Origin: an uncultured delta proteobacterium
Lineage (GTDB): Bacteria > Desulfobacterota > Syntrophobacteria > BM002
NCBI GenBank assembly: GCA_963712115.1
Contig: CAVQGX010000026.1
Coordinates: forward strand, 76,055 to 140,054
Direction of reading: 5' to 3'
DNA length: 64,000 nucleotides
Shown here: positions 42,031 to 52,997 of the stretch, piece after piece
Layout: each line of letters begins with the position of its first letter
Numbering within the stretch: position 1 is the stretch's first letter
Position numbers and translations under genes: made by a program
Notes under the pieces: generated by a model
Databases searched by the model: none
Told to the model about the DNA's origin: nothing
The model's input: the letters and a program-made list of their open reading frames with translations, nothing else

Positions 42031-42519
42031 TTATCCTGCTGAGCCTTGCCGGCCTCGGACTGCTGATAGCACGCGGATTGTATCTCCAGGTTTGACTTTG
42101 CCGCCACGGAGGACTCGCGCAAAGATTCCTTCTCTGGGCATTACACAGTCACCTACCTGATGGTAGATGGCGCACCGGTCATGGCACTCTTTGCCAATCT
42201 GGGTGATTTCAAGCTCTGCTTCACTCCCCACTGCTAGCCGGGTGCCCAACGCCAGTTGCCAAATCTCGAGTCCACTGGTGGTGATGTTTTCGGCAAAATC
42301 ACCGGGGGCTACATCTATACCTTTGTCGCGAATCTTGGTGATGCTCTCCATAGCAAGGAGGCTTACCTGCCGATGCCAGTCACCTGCATGAGCATCGCCC
42401 TCAAACCCTTTGTCTTTTATTAGCTCGCACTCCGAAAGATTACTTTTTTTCTGTCCCTTGCGACGACTTGTAGAGACTGCTACGATTCGGCCTTGCAGGG
42501 CAGGAGATAAGTCTTTCAT
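42031..42519 (-). CDS. MOSC domain protein
   Basis: GDAHAG.WHRQVSLL, GDFAENI, QIGKECH.RC, CVMPREG. Confidence 0.92.
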   Translation of the reverse strand: MKDLSPALQGRIVAVSTSRRKGQKKSNLSECELIKDKGFEGDAHAGDWHRQVSLLAMESITKIRDKGIDVAPGDFAENITTSGLEIWQLALGTRLAVGSEAELEITQIGKECHDRCAIYHQVGDCVMPREGIFARVLRGGKVKPGDTIRVLSAVRGRQGSAG

Positions 42520-42872
42520 GTCTTAGAAACTCCACTGGGATAAACTTCGAGGTTGAGATGCTAACTGAACTGGCATGTCGGGTCAAGTAAAATGGGGTGG
42601 TCAAATTGGTGGGTGGGTATGTAGGCAAAACTTTTTATGTTATAGAAGGCATGGAGTATTAATCAGCTGGCAGCCGACAGCGAAGAGTCATTTGCTTTCG
42701 CGTCAATACGCTACGCTGTCATTCATGGTCATTTATTGTAACAACATAATGACGGCCTTAGGCCTAATGACGGCGGAGCCTAGTGACAGCGAAGCGCGAT
42801 AGCGCGGAGCGTAATGACCTAATGGTGCCCTGTGCCTTGTGCCATATAGTTAGTTGAGAAAGGATCGATCGA

Positions 42873-43505
42873 ATGAAGGATATACCAACAATACTAAACA
42901 TTTTGGACCAGACGTACCCCAAAGCAAAATGCAGCCTGGATTTCAACAATCCTTTGGAACTTTTAGTGGCTACAGTACTTTCAGCCCAGTGCACGGATGA
43001 GCGGGTAAACCAGGTTACCAAGAGTTTGTTCAAGAAATATCGAATTGCAGCGGATTATGCCAATGCTCCCCTGGAGGAGATGGAAGATGACATACGGTCC
43101 ACTGGTTTTTTCAGGAATAAAGCGAAAAGCCTGAAGAATTGTGGCGCCGCACTGGTAGAAAAACATCAGGGGGAGGTGCCGGGCAGCCTAGAAAAGCTAG
43201 TGAAACTTCCTGGCATTGGTAGGAAAACTGCCAATGTGATCCTGGGTACGGCTTTCAAAATCCCGGGGATTGTGGTTGATACCCACGTGGGGCGAATAAC
43301 CCAAAGGATGGGACTGACCCGTGAGCAAGACCCGGTGAAAATTGAATTTGATTTGATGGAAGTTATTCCCAAAGATAAGTGGACGGCTTTTTCCCACCAA
43401 TTAATTCAGCACGGCAGGAAAATATGCAATGCCAGAAAGCCCAAATGTGCCAAGTGTCCCTTGCTGAAACACTGCGATTACGGTCAGCAGGCAGAAGGCC
43501 GCTAG
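42873..43505 (+). CDS. nth: Endonuclease III
   Basis: LSAQCTD, LPGIGRKTA, VDTHV, C-terminal 4Fe-4S Cys motif. Confidence 0.97.
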   Translation: MKDIPTILNILDQTYPKAKCSLDFNNPLELLVATVLSAQCTDERVNQVTKSLFKKYRIAADYANAPLEEMEDDIRSTGFFRNKAKSLKNCGAALVEKHQGEVPGSLEKLVKLPGIGRKTANVILGTAFKIPGIVVDTHVGRITQRMGLTREQDPVKIEFDLMEVIPKDKWTAFSHQLIQHGRKICNARKPKCAKCPLLKHCDYGQQAEGR

Positions 43506-43842
43506 GCACCATGCACTAGGGACTATGCACCATAACTCGGAAGGGGAAACGTAAAAAGCTTGATATCAAATTCGAAATCCTAAGCACGAAGCACTAAACA
43601 AATCCAAAATCCAAATTCTCCAATGTTCGAAACAGAACCAGCCCAAAAAACTAATCTATAGTTTCGTAAATTTGGATTTGGAAAATTTTAATTTGTTTAG
43701 GATTTAGATATTCGGATTTCGGATTTATGTGCTAGTTTCGCGATCAAAATTCCGCGTTCTTGGGCTTGGTGCCTAGTGCCTAGTTGAGCTAAAGGTCGGA
43801 GTTAACAGCAGCGCACTAGGAATCGAAGCTTTGAGGTGGCCA

Positions 43843-44817
43843 ATGAATGTGCGTGCACTCGGTTTAATGTCCGGAGGTCTCGACAGCATGCTGGCTGTCA
43901 GGGTGCTTCTCGATCAGGGAATCGAGGTAAGGGGGATTACCTTCCAGACCCCGTTTTTTGGGCCTGAAGGGGCACAAAAGGCAGCCGATCAGTTAGGAAT
44001 AGTCCTGCTGGTGGTGGATATAGGAGAGGCCCACTTGGAGATGCTCAAAAACCCTAAGTATGGTTACGGTAGCCAGATGAACCCCTGCATCGATTGCCAT
44101 GCCCTCATGCTCAAGACGGCCGGCAGAATCATGGACGAAGAAGGCTTTGATTTACTTGCCACGGGTGAGGTGTTGGGCCAGCGCCCCATGTCCCAGAGGA
44201 AGGATGCTCTTCGGGCCGTGGAAAAGCTCTCTGGTTACGGAGGGTACATTCTCCGCCCACTGAGCGCCAGGTTGCTTCCTGAAACCATACCGGAAAGAGA
44301 AGGGAAGGTCGATCGTCAGCGACTTCTGGACATCCGAGGACGCTCTCGCAAGCGTCAGATGGCCCTCGCCGCCCACTACTCCATTGAAGAATATGCCAGC
44401 CCCGGTGGGGGATGCATCCTTACCAAGGCTGGCTTTGCTGACAGGTTGAGAGATCTTTTGGCCACCCAGGAAAATGTGGGGCTCCACGAGGTGGAGCTGC
44501 TGAAATGGGGTCGTCATTTTAGGCTTGCCGGAGGCAAACGTCTCGTGGTTGGGCGAGTGCATGGGGACAACGTTAAGCTACAGGAGTTGGCCCGTGCGGA
44601 AGATCTTGTTTTGAGGGTCAAGGAAGTGCCGGGCCCAACAGGCATAATCGCTGCCATGGCTGCCGAGCAAGAAGTGGAATTGGCGGCGCACATTGTGGCA
44701 GCCTACAGCGATGTCCACACTGGCAAAGAAGCCATAGTCGAGGTGTCAGGAAAGGAAGAACGCGAGATTACAGTCAACACACCTGCGAAAGAGGAATTTC
44801 GCGAACTGCTAATCTAG
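43843..44817 (+). CDS. ThiI/MnmA-like PP-loop tRNA sulfurtransferase
   Basis: SGGLDS, NPCIDCH, TGEVLGQRPMSQ, GGGC. Confidence 0.85.
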   Translation: MNVRALGLMSGGLDSMLAVRVLLDQGIEVRGITFQTPFFGPEGAQKAADQLGIVLLVVDIGEAHLEMLKNPKYGYGSQMNPCIDCHALMLKTAGRIMDEEGFDLLATGEVLGQRPMSQRKDALRAVEKLSGYGGYILRPLSARLLPETIPEREGKVDRQRLLDIRGRSRKRQMALAAHYSIEEYASPGGGCILTKAGFADRLRDLLATQENVGLHEVELLKWGRHFRLAGGKRLVVGRVHGDNVKLQELARAEDLVLRVKEVPGPTGIIAAMAAEQEVELAAHIVAAYSDVHTGKEAIVEVSGKEEREITVNTPAKEEFRELLI

Positions 44818-44832
44818 AGTGCGTTGAAAAAA

Positions 44833-45115
44833 GCATAGAGCATGGGGCATAGAGTAGGGAGCCAGAAGTCAGAATCCAGAATTCAGGAGATAAGCAATCA
44901 AAATTGACTTCATCTGAGCTACCGCCTCTCTGAACCGCAGAATGTCGAACAAGGAATTTCGAATATCGAAGTGATCACTTCATCATTCTGCGGTTCCTTG
45001 TTCTGCTGTTCGATATTCAGTAATTTGAACCACCTGTCATCTGTCCTCTGATCTCCGACCTCTGACCTCCGACTTCTTTGTATTTTGGTGCCTAGTCCTT
45101 AGTCCCTAGTGCCTA
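44833..45115. repeat. Composite repeat (direct twin of 47388-47690)
   Basis: Shared core with internal palindrome AACCGCAGAAT...ATTCTGCGGTT. Confidence 0.85.
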
Positions 45116-45150
45116 GTTGAAAGGCTGCCCGCTGGTAAATGCTCTATGCC

Positions 45151-46008
45151 TTACTTGACCAGCTTCTCGCCTGTCTCTTGCTGCCAGAGCTCGCCTAGTC
45201 TGCCAGTCCGATAACCTTCCAAATCCAGGGTCACGGCCAAATAGCCCAAAGACCTGAAACGGGCCACCAACCGGTCACGTAAACCCTTGTCGCTGAGCCT
45301 GGCAATCTCTTCGGCTGACAGTTCAATGCGAGCCGTGCCATGGTGATCTCTCACTCTGACCAAATAAAAGCCTTGGTCAAAAAGAAATTGTTCAGCAGAT
45401 TCCACCCTTGCTAGAGACTCGAGATCAAGAGGTATTCCGTAGGGAATTCTCGAGGCCAGGCAGGCCATGGGCGGGAGATTCCAGGAGGAGAGACCTAATT
45501 TTTTGCTGAGCATACGGACCTGATCCTTGCTGAGACCTGCCTCGGACAAAGGGCTCCTTATGTCCAACTCAACAAGGGCCCGGTGTCCAGGCCGATGGTC
45601 ACTGGCATCAGACAGCTGAGTGCCTTCAACAAGGTGAGGAATGGACATTTTCTGCGCTTCAGCGAGTCCTTGAGAGAAAACCCGTTTTTTGCAGTGGTAG
45701 CAGCGATCAGGTTGATTTACCCGGATTTCCTCAATGGCAAGGGGATCGATCTGGAGAAGGATGTGTTTTATGCCCCTTTCCTCGCAGAAGCGAGCAGCAC
45801 GATCCAGTTCTTGGCGTGAGAGGAACGGTGATACAAAGGTTATGGCTTTCGCCCTATCTCCCAAGACCTCATGGGCAAGGTGAAGGAGAAAACTGCTGTC
45901 GACGCCACCGGAAAAGGCAACGAGCACCGAGCCAAGGTCACGGAGTATGTTCTTAAGACTATCAAGGTGTTTGTCCAAAGGTCTTTCTCCGTGGCTACCG
46001 AGTGCCAC
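45151..46008 (-). CDS. LarE-like ATP-dependent sulfur transferase
   Basis: AFSGGVDS, RCYHCK, RPG, ACLASRIPYG. Confidence 0.9.
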   Translation of the reverse strand: MALGSHGERPLDKHLDSLKNILRDLGSVLVAFSGGVDSSFLLHLAHEVLGDRAKAITFVSPFLSRQELDRAARFCEERGIKHILLQIDPLAIEEIRVNQPDRCYHCKKRVFSQGLAEAQKMSIPHLVEGTQLSDASDHRPGHRALVELDIRSPLSEAGLSKDQVRMLSKKLGLSSWNLPPMACLASRIPYGIPLDLESLARVESAEQFLFDQGFYLVRVRDHHGTARIELSAEEIARLSDKGLRDRLVARFRSLGYLAVTLDLEGYRTGRLGELWQQETGEKLVK

Positions 46009-46130
46009 TGAAGTGGCGACACGGCGAAGGGGTGACGCGGCGATAATTTAATCGTTATTAGAACAAATCTATTAGGGCTGATCAAATCTTTCTCCGTCTC
46101 CCCGTGTCTCCCCGTCACCCTAATCTTCAT

Positions 46131-47300
46131 TTAGGCAGTAGGTAGGAAATGCTGCGGTTCTCCCAGCAGAAACTTTCCTTGTCTGATCCACCTCTTCAGA
46201 ATATCGGCAATCTCCCTGGCTCGTGGCATGCTGGAAAGTGGCACGGATTGAACCTCTCTACCGTTGAAGCGGAAGGAGCCGCTTTTCAGTTCGGCATAAC
46301 TCACCTGGCCTACGGTTTTGCCCGTTCCTTTTGGGTAATCTTCGCTATAGTCCACAAGGGGGGCAAAAAGTTCTTCATCCGCAACAGCGGTGTAGCGGGC
46401 CATCTCTTCATCGAGTATGGGGATGGGAATTCCCAGACCAACCGCCAGGGAGCAACCGTAGCCGAGTATGCTCACTCCGAGCAACCAGCGCGGCTGCATC
46501 TGTTTGAGATCTCCGATAACCATGAGAGTGCCGGCGGGCCTCAGCGGTGTGTTATTGGGGGCTCGCTCCACCTGGGGCAGGTGCTGTGTGCCCGGCCAAG
46601 CAACGTAACCTTGAGCGCCACCCAGAAAAATGCGCGTTCCCAGCCCAACGGTGCGATAAAGAGGATCGTTGAAAAGGGGACTCAACTGGCCGGAAGTGGA
46701 ATAGTTGGCGTTGGCTCCACTTGGTTTGAGAACACCCATATAGGTAAAGATCGTCTTCTTTGAGAGGTTAATACCGCAGTTGTAGTTCTGGTAACCATTT
46801 CTGGGATTGCACAACAGGGCATAGTTCAGTTTTTTGAGGCTGACTTTCTTTTCGTACTGCCGCCGAGGATAACAATCAGTACCGTAACCCTCTGCTCTCA
46901 GTTTGACCGATTTTCCAGCCACCAAATCGCTTATTACGTGGCCACCGCCATATTCAAAACCACCTGGATGAATCTTGTTCAAAGGATCGTCTTCGTTTGG
47001 CTCAGTAGCACCTATATATATATCTACCGCAGCAATTCCGGCGTAAGCGGGCACATCGTTGAGCCAGACCTTGGCCGCTTTTATAGGGGGGCTCACCGGA
47101 CCAAAATTGATAAAAGCACCGGAGGAACACATGGGCGAAAAGGTGCCGGTGGTCACCACGTCCACCTCTCTTGCAGCCTTTACCTCACCCTTCTTCCTGA
47201 CGATATCAATCATCTCCTCGGCAGTAACCACCACTGCCTTCCCCTTTTTTATCTTCTCATTAATCTCCTGGATTGTTTTATTAACCTGAAACCTCGCCAT
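46131..47300 (-). CDS. DUF39 homocysteine biosynthesis protein (aspartate-semialdehyde sulfurtransferase-like)
   Basis: VDVVTTGTFSPMCSSG, YGGGHVI, GTDCYPR, NPRN.YQNY. Confidence 0.88.
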   Translation of the reverse strand: MARFQVNKTIQEINEKIKKGKAVVVTAEEMIDIVRKKGEVKAAREVDVVTTGTFSPMCSSGAFINFGPVSPPIKAAKVWLNDVPAYAGIAAVDIYIGATEPNEDDPLNKIHPGGFEYGGGHVISDLVAGKSVKLRAEGYGTDCYPRRQYEKKVSLKKLNYALLCNPRNGYQNYNCGINLSKKTIFTYMGVLKPSGANANYSTSGQLSPLFNDPLYRTVGLGTRIFLGGAQGYVAWPGTQHLPQVERAPNNTPLRPAGTLMVIGDLKQMQPRWLLGVSILGYGCSLAVGLGIPIPILDEEMARYTAVADEELFAPLVDYSEDYPKGTGKTVGQVSYAELKSGSFRFNGREVQSVPLSSMPRAREIADILKRWIRQGKFLLGEPQHFLPTA

Positions 47301-47387
47301 GGTTACTCCTAAATTTCATAATAGCTATAATTTTTTATTCTGTGGGAGCGGCTTTTAGCCGCGATGCAATCTGTCATTTAAGGCAAA

Positions 47388-47690
47388 GAGCATAGGGCAT
47401 GGAGCATGGGGCATAGAGTAAGGAGCCAGAATCCAGAACTCAGGAGAAAAGCAATCAAAATTGACTTCATCTGAGCTACCGCCTCTTTGAACCGCAGAAT
47501 GTCGAACAAGGAATTTCGAATATCGAAGTGATCACTTCATTATTCTGCGGTTCCTTATTCTGCTGTTCGATATTTAGCACTTTGAACCATCTGTAGTCTG
47601 TCGTCCTCTGACCTCTCATCGCCGTCTCGCCGTTTCTCCCCATCGCCGTGTCGTCCCGCTGTGCCTAGTGCCTAGTTCTTAGTGCCTAGT
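47388..47690. repeat. Composite repeat (direct twin of 44833-45115)
   Basis: Direct sequence comparison. Confidence 0.85.
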
Positions 47691-48106
47691 CATTCTTGCG
47701 CTATGCGTATTTTCTCAGCTAAAACCTCCGGCAGGGCTCTCGCCTTCCAAGTATGATCAATGGCTACGCAGGTGGCCGTACCCTCAGCCAGAAGACCGGC
47801 GTCAGGGGGGCGATAAAAGCTAAAGTGGAAGACGATGGCCTTTTCCTTGAGTTCCTTGATTGAAGTCTCCATTTCAAGCATCTCACCATAGCGGGCGGGT
47901 TTCAGAAAACGGCAGTCAGCGGCAACAATGGGTAAGCCAAATTTTTCTTCCCGGTTACGAAAAATAGTCTCGGGAGCCAGGCCAAGGTGGCGAAGGAACT
48001 CTTCTATGCCCCGGTGGCAGTAGCGAAAATAACTCACAAAATATACCACCCCGTAAGGGTCTGTATCACCGAAACGTACAAATACCTTGGTTTTGTGGCT
48101 AAGCAT
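47690..48106 (-). CDS. YbgC/4HBT-family acyl-CoA thioesterase
   Basis: VRFGDTDPYGVVY, CRFLKPARYG. Confidence 0.9.
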   Translation of the reverse strand: MLSHKTKVFVRFGDTDPYGVVYFVSYFRYCHRGIEEFLRHLGLAPETIFRNREEKFGLPIVAADCRFLKPARYGEMLEMETSIKELKEKAIVFHFSFYRPPDAGLLAEGTATCVAIDHTWKARALPEVLAEKIRIAQE

Positions 48107-48293
48107 GCTTTGCCTCCTAGCGGTTTATGGCTAATTTAACCAAAGTTCTCCTCTGTATTCCTCTCAAATTATTCACCCTTATTTTGAAGGGGCTGCATAC
48201 TCTCGATTAGGGCTTAATTAAGGTTGAGGAGGTCTCTTCCTATATCCTTTCTTATAAGGGAATTAAAGAAAAAAATCACGAACTATTTTTTAC

Positions 48294-48321
48294 TTGACAA
48301 AATCCGGCTTCAATATATTAT
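48294..48321 (+). promoter_or_regulatory. Putative sigma70 promoter for the CoA-transferase operon
   Basis: TTGACA-N16-TATTAT preceded by an A/T-rich UP-like tract. Confidence 0.55.
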
Positions 48322-49050
48322 TGAAACAAATTCAGTTGTTTAATACTACTTTCTACGCGTTTTCTACAATCACAAGCTTCTCACTCCTTCGCAGAAGCGT
48401 ACCTGTTACACCAGAACAACAGAAGGGTCTAACTCGAGCAGATAACTCGCTTTTCATGTTTCTCGTTGCAGCTGTTTTCTAGTTCTAGCGGAACCAGCGA
48501 CACGGTCAAGATTCACAAACTATCCTGAGAGTAATCTGTTTGTCCAGAGCAACTAAGTTCTGGCAGCAAACAGTTTCTATACCTGGCAAGCAGGCCAGCA
48601 CATATTTCTACCAACACATCTGAATCTTCTATGATCGTATCTGCCTCATGAGGTAGAGAATACTGCCCCTCATGACCTCAGCCCAAGAGCTGTTCGGCGA
48701 GGTCAGCGGAGGGATACACTTGCACTCTATGTTTTGATCGTAGAGTTTTTGGCTTTCACTAATCAATTAAAAGGGGGTGATCAAAAAGCAGTCCATTACC
48801 GCCGATGAGGGTGGTAAAAACGATTCACCGACTGTTAGAGCAGACAGCCTTCAAAGGACAACCCAACCATTGAGCCCCGCGACTTTCCTGCCTACTTGGG
48901 GCTGAGGTTCTCATTAAAAGCTCTAACCAGATCGCAGTGAGAAAGGAGGTGGTGATAAACAGCGACGAGGGAATATGAGACTAACCTCTAACGCTAAAAG
49001 AGAGTGTACAGCAAGTTTGGAGATAATACTGCTGAATCGGAGGTTAAAAC

Positions 49051-50535
49051 ATGCCAGAAAAAAAGGACATTGAAATAAAAAGCAGGGTCGACACCATAGG
49101 TCTGATGGATATGGATGTTAGGCCCTACCCGGTCACACCGCCGCCTTCCTACGAGCAAGTTAAGCCGGTGTACGAAAAAAGGAAGGCGCTGGAATTCTGT
49201 GACTGGGCCGAGGACAACCTCAAATTCGAAAAAAGATACGGCAAAGATCAGTCCCTGGGACACCTCAGGGTTCTGGATATCGGCCTCTGGCGGCTGGGCC
49301 ACAAGTTCTGCGCCTCACTGTTCGGCGAAGCTGGGGCCGAGGTGGTCTCTATCGAGCCGCCCGGCGGCGACCCCTTGCGGAAGCTGACTCCCTTTGGCCG
49401 CGAAGAGTACCTGCTGGAAAATCAGGAAACCGGTGAAAAGTGCGGCATGGAGTTCGTCTGCGAGACGGTGAACACCCACTGCGTCACCCTGGATGTCGAG
49501 ACCGAGGAGGGCCGGGAAATTTTCAAGCAAATGGCCCAGAACGTCGACGTGTTGATCGACGGCATGCCTCCCGGCTACATGGATAGTCTGGGTATCGGCT
49601 ACCGGCAGCTCAAGAGAGCCAACCCCAAGATGGTCTACGTCTGGGTTGGCATGCTCGGCCAGTGGGGCCCCTGGAAGGACAAACAGTCCAAGTTCGGCCA
49701 GTGGGAGCTCGAGCCCTTTGCCAGTTGTGCCAACTCCTGGGTGCACAACACTGGTTTGGCTCAGGACCTGCTCCCTAGGGGCAAGGGCGGCGACCCGACC
49801 CGCTCGGGTATCTGGCTTGCCGACTATGTTGCCGGGGCGCAGGGATTCCTTAACGCCAATGCGGCCCTTTACTGGCGGGACGAACTGGGGAACACCGGCC
49901 AGATGATTGAGGTCACCGGTGCCGAAACGCTGATGGACATCATCGACTTTGATATCACCTGGTATGGTTTCAATGCCAGTATCAAAGGAAGATCCGGCGG
50001 CTGGGACCCCAACCTGAACCAGTATGCCTGGAACCCCTGCAAGGACGGCTACATGATGATCGGCGGCCAGACCGACAAGCTCTGGTACAACATCGGCTTC
50101 TGCATCGAGCGCGATGACGACCAGTTCGGCCGGCTGATCCACGAAGATCCCTTCCTCAAGGAGATGGGAGCCAGGAACGCCCTGCACGCCCTGATCAAGA
50201 CCTACTCTCTGACCACTCGCTGGCTCAGGGACACCAACAGGGTCGAAGCTGAAACCAAGCTGCTCGAGTACCAGCTTGCGGCCGGGCCGATTCTCTACAT
50301 CGACGAGGTCGCTGAGTTCCCCCACTTCAAGTACCGTCCATGGCAGTACGTCCATGAGACCGACTACGGCCCGCTGCTGATTGCTTCGAGCCCGGCGTCC
50401 TATCAGGTGCGAGCGCCCTTCAGATGCAAGTGGATGGGCAGAGACGTAGGGTTTGACAACTACGAAATCTACCTGAAATGGACTGGAATGACTCAGACCA
50501 AGGTTAATGAACTCAAGGCAAAGGGGGTAATCTAA
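49051..50535 (+). CDS. Family III (CaiB/BaiF) CoA-transferase-like subunit A
   Basis: [41 protein letters not shown] (catalytic-Asp position). Confidence 0.88.
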   Translation: MPEKKDIEIKSRVDTIGLMDMDVRPYPVTPPPSYEQVKPVYEKRKALEFCDWAEDNLKFEKRYGKDQSLGHLRVLDIGLWRLGHKFCASLFGEAGAEVVSIEPPGGDPLRKLTPFGREEYLLENQETGEKCGMEFVCETVNTHCVTLDVETEEGREIFKQMAQNVDVLIDGMPPGYMDSLGIGYRQLKRANPKMVYVWVGMLGQWGPWKDKQSKFGQWELEPFASCANSWVHNTGLAQDLLPRGKGGDPTRSGIWLADYVAGAQGFLNANAALYWRDELGNTGQMIEVTGAETLMDIIDFDITWYGFNASIKGRSGGWDPNLNQYAWNPCKDGYMMIGGQTDKLWYNIGFCIERDDDQFGRLIHEDPFLKEMGARNALHALIKTYSLTTRWLRDTNRVEAETKLLEYQLAAGPILYIDEVAEFPHFKYRPWQYVHETDYGPLLIASSPASYQVRAPFRCKWMGRDVGFDNYEIYLKWTGMTQTKVNELKAKGVI

Positions 50536-51950
50536 TGGCAAAAGATCCAAGAGTAACACGTATAGAAGACCTGCCAGGCCCCAAGAGCAAGGGTGAAATG
50601 GATGAGATGAAGATGCCCTACGAGGAGTACTGTAGGAAAATCTTCGATGTGGGCAATGAACACACCAAGCCCATCGCGCTTAAAGGGATTCGGTGGCTCA
50701 GCTGCACCATGTATATCTTCACGCCCCACTCTGTGGCCAACCTGGCCGAACTGGGGGCCGAGGTCATCAAGATTGAGATGCCGAGGATGGGTGACGCCAT
50801 GCGGCACACATCCCCGTTTAACGAGTGCTACCTCTATCCACTCCACGACACCCGTCCCATGACCGGAACCGGCCTAGGTTTCACCAACGCCAACCCCAAC
50901 AAGTATTTTCTCACCATGGATTACCACATCCCCGAGATGGTGGAAGTCTTTTACGGGTTGGTGAAGAAGTCCGACGGCCTAACCGAGCTTTACCGGCCGG
51001 GAACCCTGGACAAGTGGAAGATGAGCTACAGGTACCTGAGTGAAATCAACCCCCGGTTTATCTATGTCTGGGGCGGCGGTTTCGGCTACGGCCCCAAGAT
51101 CTTCGGCGGTTCCTACGACATCCTGGGCCAGGCCCACGCCGGACTCGCCTCCATAACCGGTATGCATGAGTTCATGGGGGGCCATGCAACCAAGCAGACT
51201 AACTGGGTCATTGACTGGCAATCGGGCAACCTGATCACCTGCTCAATCCTGGCGGCCATCCACCATCGGAGAAAGACCGGGCTGGGCACCATGATCGAAT
51301 TTTCCCAGGTACAGGTCCCGACCCGGATGCTCGGACATACCTTACCCATGTACGGCAAGTTCGGTATTGTCCGCCAGCGCTGGGGCAACTGGGACACCCA
51401 GCTGGCAGTGCACGGCATCATCCTCTGCGGCAAGTCCGATTTTCCGGATTACGACAATCCGCAGGACAAGTTCTGTGCGCGCTATGTCATGGTCAGTGCC
51501 TTCCAGGATGAGGACTTCAAGGAGCTCTGCAACATTACCGGCATGAAGGATCTCTACGGCAAATACAAGGCTCACAAGGACCGGGCGGAAGGCGAGGCTC
51601 AGGTGGAGATCTATGCTGCTCTGGAGCAGTGGGCGTCCGACAAGTCCAGGTCCCAGGTTGCCAAGATCCTGCAAGATGCAGGCCTCCTGGCCGAGCCTGT
51701 TCGCAACGACCGTGAGGCTTACGAGAGCCCACACTACCGGGAGAGAGGCACGGTCCGCTGGCTGGACGATCCCCTCTTCGGAGATATGCTGCTCCATGCC
51801 GGCTACAGCTGCGGGTTGATGGAAAAAACTCCGAGAAGGATCAACTGGCACTGGCGCCCGGTTGGTGCGGACAACAAGAAGATCTACCGTGACCTGCTCG
51901 GCGTTCCGCTCACTAAAATCAAAGAGTGGTATGACAAGGCCTGGATCTAA
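50535..51950 (+). CDS. Family III (CaiB/BaiF) CoA-transferase-like subunit B
   Basis: [37 protein letters not shown]; TAATG coupling to subunit A. Confidence 0.88.
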   Translation: MAKDPRVTRIEDLPGPKSKGEMDEMKMPYEEYCRKIFDVGNEHTKPIALKGIRWLSCTMYIFTPHSVANLAELGAEVIKIEMPRMGDAMRHTSPFNECYLYPLHDTRPMTGTGLGFTNANPNKYFLTMDYHIPEMVEVFYGLVKKSDGLTELYRPGTLDKWKMSYRYLSEINPRFIYVWGGGFGYGPKIFGGSYDILGQAHAGLASITGMHEFMGGHATKQTNWVIDWQSGNLITCSILAAIHHRRKTGLGTMIEFSQVQVPTRMLGHTLPMYGKFGIVRQRWGNWDTQLAVHGIILCGKSDFPDYDNPQDKFCARYVMVSAFQDEDFKELCNITGMKDLYGKYKAHKDRAEGEAQVEIYAALEQWASDKSRSQVAKILQDAGLLAEPVRNDREAYESPHYRERGTVRWLDDPLFGDMLLHAGYSCGLMEKTPRRINWHWRPVGADNKKIYRDLLGVPLTKIKEWYDKAWI

Positions 51951-51964
51951 AAGGAGGGACCACT

Positions 51965-52450
51965 GTGTGTGATATAATCTGGTGCAAAAAAGAAGTTGGT
52001 GGAAAAGACTGTGACACTATCAACTACCTGGACCCCTACTGTTTCTGGAACTGGGAAGGCACGATTAACTGTGCCGAGTGCGGTACGGTGTACTACATCC
52101 ACATGATCCAGGGATTCATGTACAAGGGGCCGGAGGAGAGACCCGGCGAGAAGCCTGACACCAGCCCGCTCTATGCGGACAAGCCCTTCGAGGGCTACGC
52201 CAACTACAGACCAGGTGTCGAGGGCAGGACCAGGCCTTACGAGTGCAAGCCAAGGTCCTGGTTGACGGGCGTTGCGGATATGGTCAAGTTCAGCATCCGG
52301 GGCCGGCCGGTGCGCGGCTGGCGTCCGCAACCGCCTTCTGCAGGTTTGGCCGGAAGCTTCGGTTTCAGCTGGGATATTCAGAAACTGTCGCCCGAGATCT
52401 GGGAAGAGTATCAGCAGAAGATGGCGAAAGGCGAAGTCAAGGAGTGGTAA
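51965..52450 (+). CDS. Hypothetical Cys/Trp-rich protein (zinc-ribbon-like N-terminus)
   Basis: AGGAGG RBS, GTG start; C..C and CAECG motifs. Confidence 0.85.
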   Translation: MCDIIWCKKEVGGKDCDTINYLDPYCFWNWEGTINCAECGTVYYIHMIQGFMYKGPEERPGEKPDTSPLYADKPFEGYANYRPGVEGRTRPYECKPRSWLTGVADMVKFSIRGRPVRGWRPQPPSAGLAGSFGFSWDIQKLSPEIWEEYQQKMAKGEVKEW

Positions 52451-52469
52451 CTGGAGAAAGGAGTGTCAC

Positions 52470-52703
52470 ATGGCAGAGTTAACCCCAGAAGAATTTCTGG
52501 ATACCGTATTGGTGCCGGAAAAACAAAGTGACCATATATGCTGGAATTGCCGGGGCTTGAAGCCTGTTCTCAAGGGTTCCAAGTTTCCGCCCGCAGACAT
52601 TATCGGTTGGTGCATGAAGATCCACTGGCCCCATTACTGGTGCATAGCGGATTTCAACGTGGTCAAGAAGTGCTATGCCTTTGAGCAGAGAAAAAAAGGC
52701 TAG
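52470..52703 (+). CDS. Hypothetical 77-aa Cys-rich protein
   Basis: AAGGAG RBS; CWNC...GWC...WC...C. Confidence 0.8.
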   Translation: MAELTPEEFLDTVLVPEKQSDHICWNCRGLKPVLKGSKFPPADIIGWCMKIHWPHYWCIADFNVVKKCYAFEQRKKG

Positions 52704-52704
52704 C

Positions 52705-52986
52705 ATGGAAGAAAACGTCCGCCAAGAACTCGATGTCCTCAAGCAGATGATTAACAACTGGAAAAGGGGTTTTATGAGCTGGGCATCCCCTGACGGGGAT
52801 GACCAACACGTGCTTCTGGAATTCACCGAAGAGATCCAGGAGCAAATTTACCCCTATGTCACCAGATTGCGTGAGGCGGAACACCTCAGCGATGCTGAGG
52901 CCAGAGAGTTCATGGATTATTGTTACAGCCAGGTTGAAGATCTTCGCAACCAGTTGCAGGAAGTGGAAACCGATAAAAGTGAATAA
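52705..52986 (+). CDS. Hypothetical 93-aa acidic helical protein
   Basis: ATG 1 nt after the previous stop; amphipathic helical composition. Confidence 0.8.
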   Translation: MEENVRQELDVLKQMINNWKRGFMSWASPDGDDQHVLLEFTEEIQEQIYPYVTRLREAEHLSDAEAREFMDYCYSQVEDLRNQLQEVETDKSE

Positions 52987-52997
52987 GGAGGTTTAAC

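Noticed and set aside
48294-48482. 62-aa ORF in the long leader
   Set aside because: Its TTG start is the -35 box; no RBS; non-protein-like composition
49315-50559. 414-aa antisense ORF opposite CoA-transferase subunit A, and similar antisense ORFs over groEL, infB and pnp
   Set aside because: Expected shadow of biased codon usage; no RBS or recognisable motifs
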